Of a stretch of DNA of 64,000 nt, positions 1 to 9,600 are shown one piece after another; within the stretch, counting starts at the first letter, position 1, and every line of letters starts with the position of its first letter. The DNA is from Candidatus Limnocylindrales bacterium. GTDB lineage: Bacteria > Chloroflexota > Limnocylindria > Limnocylindrales > CSP1-4. Below the pieces are notes generated by a model that worked only from the letters and a program-made list of their open reading frames with translations, had not been told where the DNA came from and made no database searches. The position numbers were made by a program, and so were the translations under genes. The stretch is from NCBI GenBank assembly GCA_035717785.1, contig DASTIG010000259.1, forward strand, positions 11,316 to 75,315, read 5' to 3'.

Positions 1-2384
1 CGCGCCTCGCGGCCCGGGGAGGGGTCAGGCAGAGCCAGCGCCGCCGCGCGCCGCCTTATCATCCGTGCCCCGACATCGAACAGCGACGTCCGGCCAGGCC
101 ACGCCGCCGCGGCCGGGAAGCACCGGGCGAGGACATCGGGCGCGAGGTCGATGGTGTCGATAAGCGACCCGCCGATGTAGCTCGCGACCGCGCTGATCCC
201 CATCCGGGCGAGCGTCTTGCGAAGACCCGTCGCGAATGCATCGACCATGTTCTCGACGGCCTCGGCGGTCGTGACCGTCTCGGCGCCGCGCGACCCGGCC
301 AGCTCCGTCGCCAGCTCGAGCGCGAGCCGCGGGTGGACGGCGGTCGCCCCCACCGCAAGCGTCATCGCCATCGCGTGGACGTCGAGGACGTCGGCCGCGT
401 CGAGGACGAGATCGGTCCTGCCGCGAATACCGGCGTCGGTTAGGGCGGTGTGGACCGCACCTGCCGCCAGGATCGACGGCACAGGGAGACGATCCGCCGA
501 GAACGCCGCGTCGCTCACGACGAGGACCTCGACGCCGGCCTCGCTCGCCGCGACGGCGTCGCACGCCAGTCGTTCGAGCGCGAGAGCGAGCCCGCCCGCG
601 CCCTCCGCGACCGGCCACGTCGCATCGAGAACGCGGTGGCGTCGACCGTCGCCCGTGAGAACGTCGATCAGCCCGCCGAGATCTGCGACGATCGGCCGTT
701 CCAGCCGGAGCGTCCGTGGACCACGCGGCGGACCGCCGAGAAGCGCCGGTCGGCGACCCAGCTCGACCCGGAGATCCATGACGACTCGCTCGCGCTCAGG
801 GTCGATCGCCGGGTTCGTCACCTGCGCGAACGCCTGCCGCAGGTGGTCGGCGGCGGGCCGGTCCAGTCGTCCACGACCCGGCGTGGGCGTGTCGTCGCCC
901 ATGCTCCAGAGCGGCTCGTGCGCCTCGAGGGCCATCGTCTTGATGTCGAGCCGCGCCTTCTCCGCATCGAGACCGGCAAGGTAGCGGAGTCGATGATCCA
1001 GCGCCGGCCGTGACTCGATCGCCGCGGCCGCCGCCTCGGCCGTGTCCTCGTGGAGCGGCCGCGGGGCATCGTGGATCGGGAGGTGGCGGAGGACGCGCGC
1101 CTTCGCATCGGTGTCCTCGAGGATCGCGCGCCGGCCCGGTTCGACCAGCAGCATCTCGCCCGGTCCGAGGCGACCGCGACGGACGGTCTCCGAGGCGGCG
1201 AACGGCACGGCGCCCGATTCCGATACGACAGCCACCATCCGATCCGTCGTGACCGCGAAGGCCGCCGGACGAAGCCCGTTCCGGTCGACGAGCGCGCCGA
1301 CGCGCTGTCCATCGGCGAACACGATGGCGGCCGGGCCGTCCCACGGCGCGAGCATGCCTGCGGTCCGGCGACGCAGTGTCGCTACGTGCGGGTGCGGTGC
1401 ACGGCGCAGACCCACGGCCTCGGGGATCGCCGCCAGCAGCGCAGGGGCGAGATCCCACCCGGTCGTCGTCAGCAACTCGAGGCCCTCGTCGAGCGACAGC
1501 GAGTCCGAGCCGTCCGGCGACAGCAGCGATCCGGAGTCGAGCAACTCAGCCGCGATCGGTCGTCCCCCGCGGTCGCGCGTTCGCCCGCGGACCTGCTCGC
1601 GGTTGCCGCGGACCGTGTTGATCTCGCCGTTGTGGGCGATCGACCGGAACGGCTGAGCGAGCCGCCAGACCGGCGTGGTGTTCGTTGCGTACCGCTGGTG
1701 GAAGACCGTATACGCGACTTCGACAGGAGCCCGCAGGTCCGGGTACAACTCGCTCAGTCGCGTCCCCGCGACCAAGCCCTTGTAGACCACCGTCCGGCAC
1801 GATGCAGATGGCACCGACAACTCGGCGACCGCGCCGCCTGTCGCTCGCGCGGCTGTCTCCAGACGCCGTCGAGCGACGACCAGCCGGCGCTCGAACGCCC
1901 CATCTGACGCGCCCTGCGGCCGCGCGACGATCGCCTGGACCACGGCCGGACGCGACGACGCGGCAGCCGCCCCGAGAGCCCCCGGCTCGAACGGAACGGA
2001 TCGCCAGCGAACGACCGGCAGGCCGGCATCCGCGAACACCCGCTCGACGAGCGCCCGTGCCGCCCGGGCCACGACCCGCCCTCGCGGCAGGAACAGCATG
2101 ACGACCCCCGGCCCCTCGGCCGCGCGTGACCCCGCGATCAGGGACAACAGCGACGCCGACAGCGGCATCGCCACGCCGGCCCCGTCGCTCGACTCTCCGT
2201 CGGCGGCGAATGCCCCACGGTGCGCCAGCGCCGCGAGGCCTGCAAGCGCCAGCGGCAACACCCGCGCATGCGACCCACCGCCTGCATCCGCCACGAACCC
2301 GACCCCGCACGCATCGTGCTCGAACCGCGGGTCGTACAGCGGCGCCCGGTGGTCGCGCTCGTCGTGTCGGTCGGTGGCGTCCAT
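1..2384 (-). CDS. gltB: Glutamate synthase large subunit, partial. The N-terminus lies in the window and the C-terminus runs off the left edge.
   Basis: Hand translation of minus frame 0 (codons at 3k..3k+2) gives MDATDRHDERDHRAPLYDPRFEHDACGVGF (catalytic Cys1 motif). Further on it gives CRTVVYKGL...VFHQRYATNTTPVWRLAQPFRSIAHNGEINTVRGN (class-II GATase signature) and LSPDGSDSLSLDEGLELL. At about 800-840 it gives FAQVTNPAIDPERE (FMN central-domain signature). The frame is continuous at every point sampled. It is absent from the ORF track because it has no in-window stop. Confidence 0.85.
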   Translation of the reverse strand, partial: MDATDRHDERDHRAPLYDPRFEHDACGVGFVADAGGGSHARVLPLALAGLAALAHRGAFAADGESSDGAGVAMPLSASLLSLIAGSRAAEGPGVVMLFLPRGRVVARAARALVERVFADAGLPVVRWRSVPFEPGALGAAAASSRPAVVQAIVARPQGASDGAFERRLVVARRRLETAARATGGAVAELSVPSASCRTVVYKGLVAGTRLSELYPDLRAPVEVAYTVFHQRYATNTTPVWRLAQPFRSIAHNGEINTVRGNREQVRGRTRDRGGRPIAAELLDSGSLLSPDGSDSLSLDEGLELLTTTGWDLAPALLAAIPEAVGLRRAPHPHVATLRRRTAGMLAPWDGPAAIVFADGQRVGALVDRNGLRPAAFAVTTDRMVAVVSESGAVPFAASETVRRGRLGPGEMLLVEPGRRAILEDTDAKARVLRHLPIHDAPRPLHEDTAEAAAAAIESRPALDHRLRYLAGLDAEKARLDIKTMALEAHEPLWSMGDDTPTPGRGRLDRPAADHLRQAFAQVTNPAIDPERERVVMDLRVELGRRPALLGGPPRGPRTLRLERPIVADLGGLIDVLTGDGRRHRVLDATWPVAEGAGGLALALERLACDAVAASEAGVEVLVVSDAAFSADRLPVPSILAAGAVHTALTDAGIRGRTDLVLDAADVLDVHAMAMTLAVGATAVHPRLALELATELAGSRGAETVTTAEAVENMVDAFATGLRKTLARMGISAVASYIGGSLIDTIDLAPDVLARCFPAAAAWPGRTSLFDVGARMIRRRAAALALPDPSPGREA

Positions 2385-2541
2385 CTCGCGCTGGCGGCTC
2401 CGAAGGATGTGGAGCGGCCGCCGCCCGGCTGGGACGGTGGCCGCGTGGACGGGGTGTGTCGGATCGAGCGGAGCGACGGAGCGTCGGCCGGTCGAGACCC
2501 GGGAGGAGCCGTTCCCGACCGGCCGTTCGCCCCTCTCTGGG

Positions 2542-3774
2542 TCAGGTCTGGTAGGCCACCTCGCCGTGCGTCGCGAGGTCGATGCCCATCTCCTCGTCCT
2601 TGGCCGACACCCGGATCCCGAGGATCAGGTCGATGACCTTGATGATCACGAGGGTCGAGACGGCGGCGTAGGCCACGGTCGCGCCGACTGCGATGAGCTG
2701 GTTGACGAGCTGCTGGGCATTGCCCTCGAGCAGGCCGGTGTAGGCCTCCTGGATAGCGGCCGAGGCGAAGACACCGGTCGCAACCGCGCCGAACATGCCG
2801 CCCACGCCGTGGACCGCGAACACGTCGAGCGCGTCATCGATCTTGAGGCGCGAGCGCAGCAGCGTGGCGCTGTAGCACAGGCCACCGACCACGAGGCCGA
2901 TGACCAACGCCCCGCCGACGCCGACGAACCCGGAAGCCGGGGTGATGGCGACCAGGCCGGCCACGGCGCCGCAGGCGGCACCGATGACGCTGACCTTGCC
3001 CTTGTGGAGGTAGCTCGCGAGGACCCACGTGATGGTCGCGGCCGCGGCGGCGGTGTTGGTGACGATGAACGCGCTCGCTGCGAGACCATTCGCGGCGACG
3101 GCCGAACCCGCGTTGAAGCCGAACCAGCCGAACCACAGGAGCCCCGCGCCGAGGACCGTCATCGGGACGTCGTGCGGCTCCATCGGCTCGCCGTTGGCGA
3201 CGCGCCGGCCGATCAGCAGGGCCACGACCAACGCCGAGACCCCGGAACTGATGTGGACCACGGTCCCGCCTGCGAAGTCGAGCGCGCCGAGCTTGTACAG
3301 CCAGCCGTCGGCAGACCACACCCAGTGGGCCAGTGGCGAGTACACCAGGATCGACCAGAGGATCGTGAACAGCACAAAAGCGCCGAAACGCTTGCGCTCG
3401 GCGAAGGCGCCGGTGATAAGGGCGGGCGTGATCGCGGCGAACATCAGCTGGAAGGCCGCGAACAACACGAACGGCACGGTCGTCGCATATGTCGCTGACG
3501 GTTCGAGGCCGACGCCGTTGAAGAACGCGAAGTCGAGACCGCCGATCCAACCGGAGCCGATGATCGGCAGTGCGACGTCCGGCCCGAACGCCAGCGAGAA
3601 GCCGACGATGACCCACACGACGCTGACCAGCGCCAAGCCGAAGAAGCTGTGCATGATCGTCGATAGGACGTTCTTGCGCCGCACGAGGCCGCCGTAGAAC
3701 AGCGCCAGCCCCGGCAACATGATCATCACGAGGGCTGTCGACATCAACAGCCAAGCGGTATCGCCAGTGTCCAT
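2542..3774 (-). CDS. amt: Ammonium transporter (Amt family)
   Basis: Polytopic membrane protein carrying the Amt signature DFAGGTVVHISSG. The track ORF was trimmed to the internal ATG at 3774, which follows GGGAGG (MDTGDTAWLLMSTALV...). This gives about 410 aa, typical Amt size. No glnK lies downstream. Confidence 0.85.
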   Translation of the reverse strand: MDTGDTAWLLMSTALVMIMLPGLALFYGGLVRRKNVLSTIMHSFFGLALVSVVWVIVGFSLAFGPDVALPIIGSGWIGGLDFAFFNGVGLEPSATYATTVPFVLFAAFQLMFAAITPALITGAFAERKRFGAFVLFTILWSILVYSPLAHWVWSADGWLYKLGALDFAGGTVVHISSGVSALVVALLIGRRVANGEPMEPHDVPMTVLGAGLLWFGWFGFNAGSAVAANGLAASAFIVTNTAAAAATITWVLASYLHKGKVSVIGAACGAVAGLVAITPASGFVGVGGALVIGLVVGGLCYSATLLRSRLKIDDALDVFAVHGVGGMFGAVATGVFASAAIQEAYTGLLEGNAQQLVNQLIAVGATVAYAAVSTLVIIKVIDLILGIRVSAKDEEMGIDLATHGEVAYQT

Positions 3775-3997
3775 CGTTCCTCCCGGCATGCTCGGGACAC
3801 CCGATCCGAACGGGTGTGGAGCGAACGCTAGGGGGCGGTCAGGCCGCGGTCGTCCCCCGCGGCGGGAACGAGAACGTCGCGGTTCGGGACCATGGCGCGG
3901 CCCTGATCGGTCCAACGTTGCGCTTCGGCGTCACCTCTGATGCAATCGCGCGCGCGCGCATCCCGAGGCAGATCGTGGGTGAGCCGTACGGTCCTCG

Positions 3998-4966
3998 TCA
4001 GTCCTCGCTGCGGACGCGCACTGACCCGACACCGCCCTGGATGTCGAGATCGATGCGGTTCTCGGCGGTCGGATAGTCGGTCGACTGGTAGTCGTCGCCT
4101 ATCCGCGGGAAGCGCGACTCGTCGACCTGGATGCTGCCGAGACCCATCCTCGTCTTGATGCGCGTGGCGACGCCGGTCGGGACGAGGAACGTCAGGCTCG
4201 CGGCGCCGGCTTCTGCCCGCACATCGGTGGCACCCGCCGCGCGCGGCAGGATCACGGTCGTCTCGCTGGCACCGGTCTTGAGCTCGAGACGGCGCAGCTT
4301 CATCTCGCGGAGATCGAGCCGGGTGCGGCTGGCGCCGCCCTGGAGACGCAGGTCGAGCGGCACTTCACCGGTCAGGCCGACATTCCACGTTGACTCCTGG
4401 TTCAGCCAGGGCATGCCCCACGAGGTGTCCTGCTCGAGCTCGACGCTGCCGGGGCCCAGCTCGCGGTGGACGACACCACCGCGGAAGTCGCCGTCCACGA
4501 GAGCGCCGAGTGCGGCGATCCCGGTCGTCAATGTGCCGGCGCCGAATTTGATCCGGACCGACCCCTGCGCCGCGGCCCGAAGGGGCACGACCAGATTTTC
4601 TTGCGGCTTCGAGCCACCCGGGACGACGGCGCCGATCACTAACCAGACGCCCAGCGCGACCAGTAGCCACGGCCACCCTTGTTCGATGAGCTCGCCTGGT
4701 CCCGTGCCGAGCTGGCCGGTCGTGCTCAGGAGCAGGAGCACACCAACCACGATCCACACGATCGGCCAGGTGAACGACCAGAGGACGGGCGCGCCGGGTC
4801 GCCGGTCGAGGATGGTCGAGACGAGCGATGCGACACCGACGAGGATCACGAACAGCGGCCAGACCTCGGTCCACGACAGGTCCATCGCCTGCCGCGCGAG
4901 GAAGACGACGCCAAGACCGATCAGCCAGGTCCCGGCGATCAGCGGTCCACGCCGGCGACTGCTCAT
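3998..4966 (-). CDS. Membrane protein with a C-terminal toastrack/DUF4097 (LiaF-like) beta-rich domain
   Basis: N-terminal TM helices followed by a repetitive beta-strand-rich C-terminal region. Its start overlaps the PspC stop by ATGA. Confidence 0.6.
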   Translation of the reverse strand: MSSRRRGPLIAGTWLIGLGVVFLARQAMDLSWTEVWPLFVILVGVASLVSTILDRRPGAPVLWSFTWPIVWIVVGVLLLLSTTGQLGTGPGELIEQGWPWLLVALGVWLVIGAVVPGGSKPQENLVVPLRAAAQGSVRIKFGAGTLTTGIAALGALVDGDFRGGVVHRELGPGSVELEQDTSWGMPWLNQESTWNVGLTGEVPLDLRLQGGASRTRLDLREMKLRRLELKTGASETTVILPRAAGATDVRAEAGAASLTFLVPTGVATRIKTRMGLGSIQVDESRFPRIGDDYQSTDYPTAENRIDLDIQGGVGSVRVRSED

Positions 4967-5526
4967 TCGGATCCGCCCGATCGCGGGCCACGGCCCATCG
5001 CCGTCAGGACGAGGAGCAGCCCGAGGAGCACCAGGATGAGCGGCCAGAACCAGTCGAAGTCGATCTGGGGCAAGAACTCACGGGCGAGGAAGAACGCGCC
5101 GAGCAGGATCAGGAAGCCCCCGAACAGGAGGCCCGGTGACACCCCGCCGCCGCGCTCGACGCGGGCGGCGCGACGAGCGGCCCGCGCCTCGGCGCGCGCG
5201 TCACGTGCGGCCTGCGATGCCTGAACTGTGTCGCCGGTCTCGGCGAACGGCATCGCGCTTCCCGCGGTCTCGCCCGTCAACGTAGCCCTGGTCGGCGTAG
5301 CCGCCTGGGGAGCGTCAGCGGTCGTCGGCACATAGGTGTCGTCCTCCTCGGGCACCACGATCGCCATCACGATGTACACGAGCAGCGCGATGCCGCCGGT
5401 GAAGATCACGAGCAACGCCCAGATGACGCGCACGAGCGACGGGTCCGCGCCCCACATCTCGGCGAGCCCGCCGGCCACGCCGGCCAGCATCCGGTCGTGG
5501 CGCGACCGGTACAGTCGATCGCCCAT
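4963..5526 (-). CDS. PspC-domain protein
   Basis: MGDRLYRSRHDRMLAGVAGGLAEMWGADPSLVRVIWALLVIFTGGIALLVYIVMAI is a canonical PspC domain. The start was reset to the internal ATG at 5526 because the track ORF 4963..5721 overlaps the upstream gene. TGATG overlap with the upstream stop. Confidence 0.75.
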   Translation of the reverse strand: MGDRLYRSRHDRMLAGVAGGLAEMWGADPSLVRVIWALLVIFTGGIALLVYIVMAIVVPEEDDTYVPTTADAPQAATPTRATLTGETAGSAMPFAETGDTVQASQAARDARAEARAARRAARVERGGGVSPGLLFGGFLILLGAFFLAREFLPQIDFDWFWPLILVLLGLLLVLTAMGRGPRSGGSE

Positions 5527-6479
5527 CAGCAGCCTCCTTCGGGATCGAGCGAGAAGTTCGCGGCGTTGCCCTCGACCGACAGGTCGATGACAGGTGCACC
5601 GACGGCTCCCTCGCGGGTCCAGACGTCGCCGCTCTGGGCCAGCCCGCGATCGTCGAGGTTGTGCGCGAACGTCAGCTGTTCCTCGACGCGAAATCTCAGC
5701 GTCGCGTCGGCGGGGACGCACAGCTCGAGCGCGCCGGCGTTCGCCGAAAGCGATCCGGTCGTGTCGCTGTCGACCAGGAGCCGGGCGCGGCCGGCATTGG
5801 TCGAGATGTCGAGCTGCTCGATGCGCGCGCCCGTGGCGTCGACGCGACCGTCGCCCGCGTTGAGGTCGAGCTTGAACTCGGTCAGCTCGGCGCCGGCGAG
5901 CCGGACGGTGCTACTGCCCGCGTTCGCGGAGACCTCGATCGACTCCACGTGGTCGCCGGGGAGTGTCACGGTCCACGCCTGGCGCCGGAGGCCGAACCCA
6001 CTGGGTGAGCGCAGGCCGATCTCCTGGTCGCTCAGCTCGAGTGTCGGCGGCTGGCCCTGATAGTCCGCCTGGATGCGCCACGCGTCGCCGGGCGCGACGG
6101 ACAGTTCGATCGTGCCGCAATCGAGGTCGAACGTGGCGCTGATCGGCTGGGAGAAGGTGCCGTCGTCCTGGAACCGTTGGCTCGTGCCCGAGCTGAGAGC
6201 CCCGCAGCCACCGACGTTGCCGATCCACGTCGTGCCGGACGCGAGGATCCCGCCGGCCGCGATACCGAGTGCGACCGCGGCGAGCACCGTGGCGAGGATG
6301 CCGGCGCGGGTGCGGCCGAAGATCAACGCGACGCCGAACGCGACCAGCAGCAGCGGCCACAGGCGCCAGGCCTCGGAAAACGCGTTCGGGTCGAGCGCGC
6401 CAGCACGGACGAGCAGCGGCAGCCCGCCTAGAAGGATGAAGAAGAGGCCCCAGAACAGGAGGCCGGACCGGATACGCAT
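5526..6479 (-). CDS. Membrane protein with toastrack/DUF4097-like C-terminal repeats (LiaF-like paralog)
   Basis: Two N-terminal TM helices then a repetitive beta domain (VSANAGSSTVRLAG..LDLNAGDGRVDATG..ISTNAGRARLLVDS). First gene of the coupled triad. Confidence 0.6.
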   Translation of the reverse strand: MRIRSGLLFWGLFFILLGGLPLLVRAGALDPNAFSEAWRLWPLLLVAFGVALIFGRTRAGILATVLAAVALGIAAGGILASGTTWIGNVGGCGALSSGTSQRFQDDGTFSQPISATFDLDCGTIELSVAPGDAWRIQADYQGQPPTLELSDQEIGLRSPSGFGLRRQAWTVTLPGDHVESIEVSANAGSSTVRLAGAELTEFKLDLNAGDGRVDATGARIEQLDISTNAGRARLLVDSDTTGSLSANAGALELCVPADATLRFRVEEQLTFAHNLDDRGLAQSGDVWTREGAVGAPVIDLSVEGNAANFSLDPEGGC

Positions 6480-6592
6480 GGGGCGGTCCCTTGGAGCGAG
6501 ATGCGGACCGCAATGATGCGTCCACGCACCATCGAACCGTCAAGGGCCGATCGTCCCTATCGTGGGCTCGGGGTGTCAGGCGGACAGGCCAC

Positions 6593-6668
6593 TGGCGAGC
6601 CGGGTGGGATTCGAACCCACGACCCAGGGATTAAAAGTCCCCTGCTCTGACCACTGAGCTACCGGCCC
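6593..6668 (-). tRNA. tRNA-Lys(TTT), 76 nt, encoded CCA
   Basis: Reverse complement is GGGCCGGTAGCTCAGTGGTCAGAGCAGGGGACTTTTAATCCCTGGGTCGTGGGTTCGAATCCCACCCGGCTCGCCA. Cloverleaf is complete, anticodon loop CTTTTAA, T-loop GGTTCGAATCC. Confidence 0.9.
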
Positions 6669-6703
6669 GTACTTAGCGTAGCGCGCGGCGACATACCGAT
6701 CGC

Positions 6704-7234
6704 CTAGCCGACCGAGGATCGGACTGCCGACAACGCGTTCTCGATGACGACGTCAAGCGGCGGCGTCACGTCGATGACCGCGCCGCGCTCGTCCGGCTGG
6801 AGGGGCTCGAGCGTCGCCAGCTGCGAGTCGAGCAGGCTGACCGGCATGAAATGGCCGGTCCGATGCGCCATCCGCTCCCGAAGGGTCTCGGCGTCGGCAT
6901 CGAGCAGGATCACGAACGACTCGTCGTTGGGGACTGTGGCTCGGAGGATGTCCCGGTACGCGCGTCTGAGCGCCGAGCAGGGGAGCACCGTGCCGACGCC
7001 GGCCACGTGACGCGCGCCAATCAGGCCGGCGAGCGTCTCAAGCCACGGCCGCCGGTCCTCGTCGGTCAGCGGGATCCCGGCCGCCATCTTCTCGATGTTC
7101 GACTGGGGATGGTAGGCATCGCCGTCGATCACCTCCAGGTCGAGTGCCTCACCGAGCGCCGACGCGACCGACGACTTGCCGCTCCCCGCGACCCCCATGA
7201 CGATCACGTGCTGGCACATCCGCGTGGGTGTCAC
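6704..7234 (-). CDS. gntK: Gluconokinase (GntK/IdnK family)
   Basis: P-loop VMGVAGSGKSSV, then DGDAYHPQSNIEKMAAGIPLTDEDRRPWL, typical of thermoresistant gluconokinase. Confidence 0.75.
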   Translation of the reverse strand: MTPTRMCQHVIVMGVAGSGKSSVASALGEALDLEVIDGDAYHPQSNIEKMAAGIPLTDEDRRPWLETLAGLIGARHVAGVGTVLPCSALRRAYRDILRATVPNDESFVILLDADAETLRERMAHRTGHFMPVSLLDSQLATLEPLQPDERGAVIDVTPPLDVVIENALSAVRSSVG

Positions 7235-7416
7235 GGATCGGCCGGCGGACGGAGGGCTGTTCCCGTCAGGAACGGATATCGAATGAACCGGCGTGATCGA
7301 TGGCTAGATCTGACAGGTTCTGTCGGGATCGCAGCATGGCTGTGCACGTTCATGGCGAGCTCGTTCCTGGGAGGAACTAGCCGGGGCGCGGCGTCGGCCA
7401 GACGACTCACGGTGCC

Positions 7417-8397
7417 TCACGCCGGCGGCGGCACCTCGGTCGGGAGTTGCTCGCCGCGCACGCCGGCCACTAGGTTCGCCGCGGCCATCGCCGCCATCTT
7501 GCCCCGGGTCGCCCGTGACGCCGAGGCGATGTGCGGCACGATCAGGCAGTTGTCCAGCGCCACGAGCGGGTCGTCCATGGGGATCGGCTCCGGGTCGGTG
7601 ACATCGAGACCGGCCGCCCAGATCACTCCGTCGCGCAACGCCGCCGCCAGGGCTGCCTGGTCCACCACAGGGCCCCGCGAGGTGTTCACCAGCACACCAG
7701 TCGGCTTCATCATCGCGAGCGTCTCGGCATTGATCATGTGCCGGGTCACCGGGGAGAGGTTCACGTGGAGCGACACGAAATCGCTCCGCGGCAGGAGCTC
7801 CTCGAGCGGCAGAAACGTCGCCCCAAGTGGATCCGTGACGGACGGTGGCAGCGGCTGGAGGTCGTGGTACAGGATCTCCATCCCGAAACCCTGGGCCCGT
7901 CGCGCCACCGCCTGGCCGATCCGCCCGAACCCGACGATGCCGATCGTCGCGCCATGCACATCGGGGCCGAGCAGCAGCAGCGGCCCCCACGTCTTCCACG
8001 AGCCTGCGCGCACGTATCGATCTGCCTCCGGCAGGCGCCGAGCCGCAGCCATGAGCAGCGACCAGGCGAGGTCCGCGGTCGTCTCCGTCAACACGCCAGG
8101 CGTGTTGCCGACGGGGATACCGCGCCGCGCGCACGCCGCGACATCGATGTTGTCGAAGCCGACCGCGTAGTTGCTCACGACCTTGAGCCGTGGCCCCGCA
8201 GCGTCGAGGAACTCGTCGTCGACCTTGTCGGTCAGCAGTGTCAGGACGCCATCCACCCCTGCGACCCGTCGCAGCAGCTCGTCCCGTGGTGGCGGCAGCT
8301 CGTCCTCCCAGAGGTCCATGTCGCACGCCGCGCGCACGGCATCGAGTCCCTCCTCGGGGATCCGTCGCCCGACGAAGACCTTCGGCCGGTCAGCCAT
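7417..8397 (-). CDS. D-isomer-specific 2-hydroxyacid dehydrogenase (glyoxylate/hydroxypyruvate reductase-like)
   Basis: NAD-binding GIVGFGRIGQAVARRA, catalytic region with VNTSRG..VDQAAL, overall GhrB-like length. Confidence 0.8.
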   Translation of the reverse strand: MADRPKVFVGRRIPEEGLDAVRAACDMDLWEDELPPPRDELLRRVAGVDGVLTLLTDKVDDEFLDAAGPRLKVVSNYAVGFDNIDVAACARRGIPVGNTPGVLTETTADLAWSLLMAAARRLPEADRYVRAGSWKTWGPLLLLGPDVHGATIGIVGFGRIGQAVARRAQGFGMEILYHDLQPLPPSVTDPLGATFLPLEELLPRSDFVSLHVNLSPVTRHMINAETLAMMKPTGVLVNTSRGPVVDQAALAAALRDGVIWAAGLDVTDPEPIPMDDPLVALDNCLIVPHIASASRATRGKMAAMAAANLVAGVRGEQLPTEVPPPA

Positions 8398-9583
8398 GGC
8401 CGAGGCCGGCCACGAACCGGCCCATCCGAGCCAGCGCCTCGTTCAGGTTCTCGCGCGAGTTCGCGTACGAGATCCGGATGTGGTCGGTGCCGACGCCGCC
8501 GAACGCTGTCCCGGCCAGGACGCACACATCGGCCTCGACGAGCAGCCGCTCCGCGAAGTCGGCACCAGTCAATCCGGTCCCCGAGATGTCAGGGAACGCG
8601 TAAAAGGCCCCCAGTGGCGTCGCGCAGCGGATGCCCTCGATCTCGTTGAGCCCTTCGACGATGAGGTCACGGCGCGCCTTGAATTCGACGACCATCGCCT
8701 CGACGTCGTCCTGCGGCCCGACGAGTGCCTGGACGGCGCCGACCTGGACGAAGGTCGGTGCGCAGGAGATCGTGTTGATGACGAGCTCGGCATAGGTCGG
8801 GATGAGCGATTCGGGGACGACAGCGTATCCGAGCCGCCAACCGGTCATCGCGAAGGTCTTGGAGAACCCGTCGAGCACGATCGTGCGATCGGCCATACCC
8901 GGCAACGACGCGATGGAGACGTGCTCCTCGCCGTCATACAGGATCCGGCCGTAGATCTCATCGGTCATGACCCACAGGTCGTGCTCCTGGGCGAGCTGGG
9001 CGATCCGCTGGAGGTCGGAGCGGGTCAGGACACCGCCCGTCGGGTTAGCCGGCGAGTTGATGATCAGCAGCTTCGTCCGCGGCGTTATGAGCGAGGCGAG
9101 CTCTTCGACATCCAGCCGGAACTCGTGCTCCATCCGGATCGGGATGGGCACAGGCGTCGCGCCGACGAACCGGGTCAGCGATTCGTAGATCGGGTAGCCC
9201 GGATCGGGCACGATCACCTCGTCGCCCGGATCGATCAGGCCGAGGATCGCGTACAGCATCACGCCCTTGCCGCCGACCGTGACGAACACCTGCGACGGGT
9301 CGGCTGGGAAACCCTTGCGCGCGGTCACGTCGTCCGCGATCGCACGCCGCAGTTCCGGTATGCCGGGGAACGGTGCGTAGTGCGTCGCGCCGCCATCGAG
9401 CGCCCGTTTGGCTGCCTCGCGGACGTGCGCCGGTGTATCGAAATCGGGCTCGCCGATCTGAAGGTGGATCATCGGTCGCCCTTCGGCCTCGAGGGCGCGG
9501 GCACGAGCGCTGACGGCGAACGCGCCTTCTGTACCGATCGTGCTCATCCGGGCGGCGACGCTGCGGACTGACGAGACGGACAT
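8390..9583 (-). CDS. Pyridoxal-phosphate aminotransferase class I/II (aspartate aminotransferase-like)
   Basis: IGEPDFDTP, NSPANPTGGVL, FSKTFAMTGWRLGY (PLP-lysine motif). Start reset to the ATG at 9583, preceded by GGGAGG with an 8-nt spacer. Confidence 0.8.
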   Translation of the reverse strand: MSVSSVRSVAARMSTIGTEGAFAVSARARALEAEGRPMIHLQIGEPDFDTPAHVREAAKRALDGGATHYAPFPGIPELRRAIADDVTARKGFPADPSQVFVTVGGKGVMLYAILGLIDPGDEVIVPDPGYPIYESLTRFVGATPVPIPIRMEHEFRLDVEELASLITPRTKLLIINSPANPTGGVLTRSDLQRIAQLAQEHDLWVMTDEIYGRILYDGEEHVSIASLPGMADRTIVLDGFSKTFAMTGWRLGYAVVPESLIPTYAELVINTISCAPTFVQVGAVQALVGPQDDVEAMVVEFKARRDLIVEGLNEIEGIRCATPLGAFYAFPDISGTGLTGADFAERLLVEADVCVLAGTAFGGVGTDHIRISYANSRENLNEALARMGRFVAGLGHG

Positions 9584-9600
9584 CGGGTGGACCTCCCGGG

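Noticed and set aside
2385-2541. Possible GlnR/TnrA nitrogen-regulator box between amt and gltB
   Set aside because: Only GAAC-n10-GAAC was found. Neither the spacing nor the half-sites fit the known consensus well enough to call.
2098-3498. 466-aa plus-strand ORF and many other R/G/P-rich ORFs of 60-300 aa throughout
   Set aside because: They lie antisense to strongly supported genes (amt, gltB, the bc operon and others). They have no motifs and the typical composition of wrong-frame translation in 70% GC DNA.
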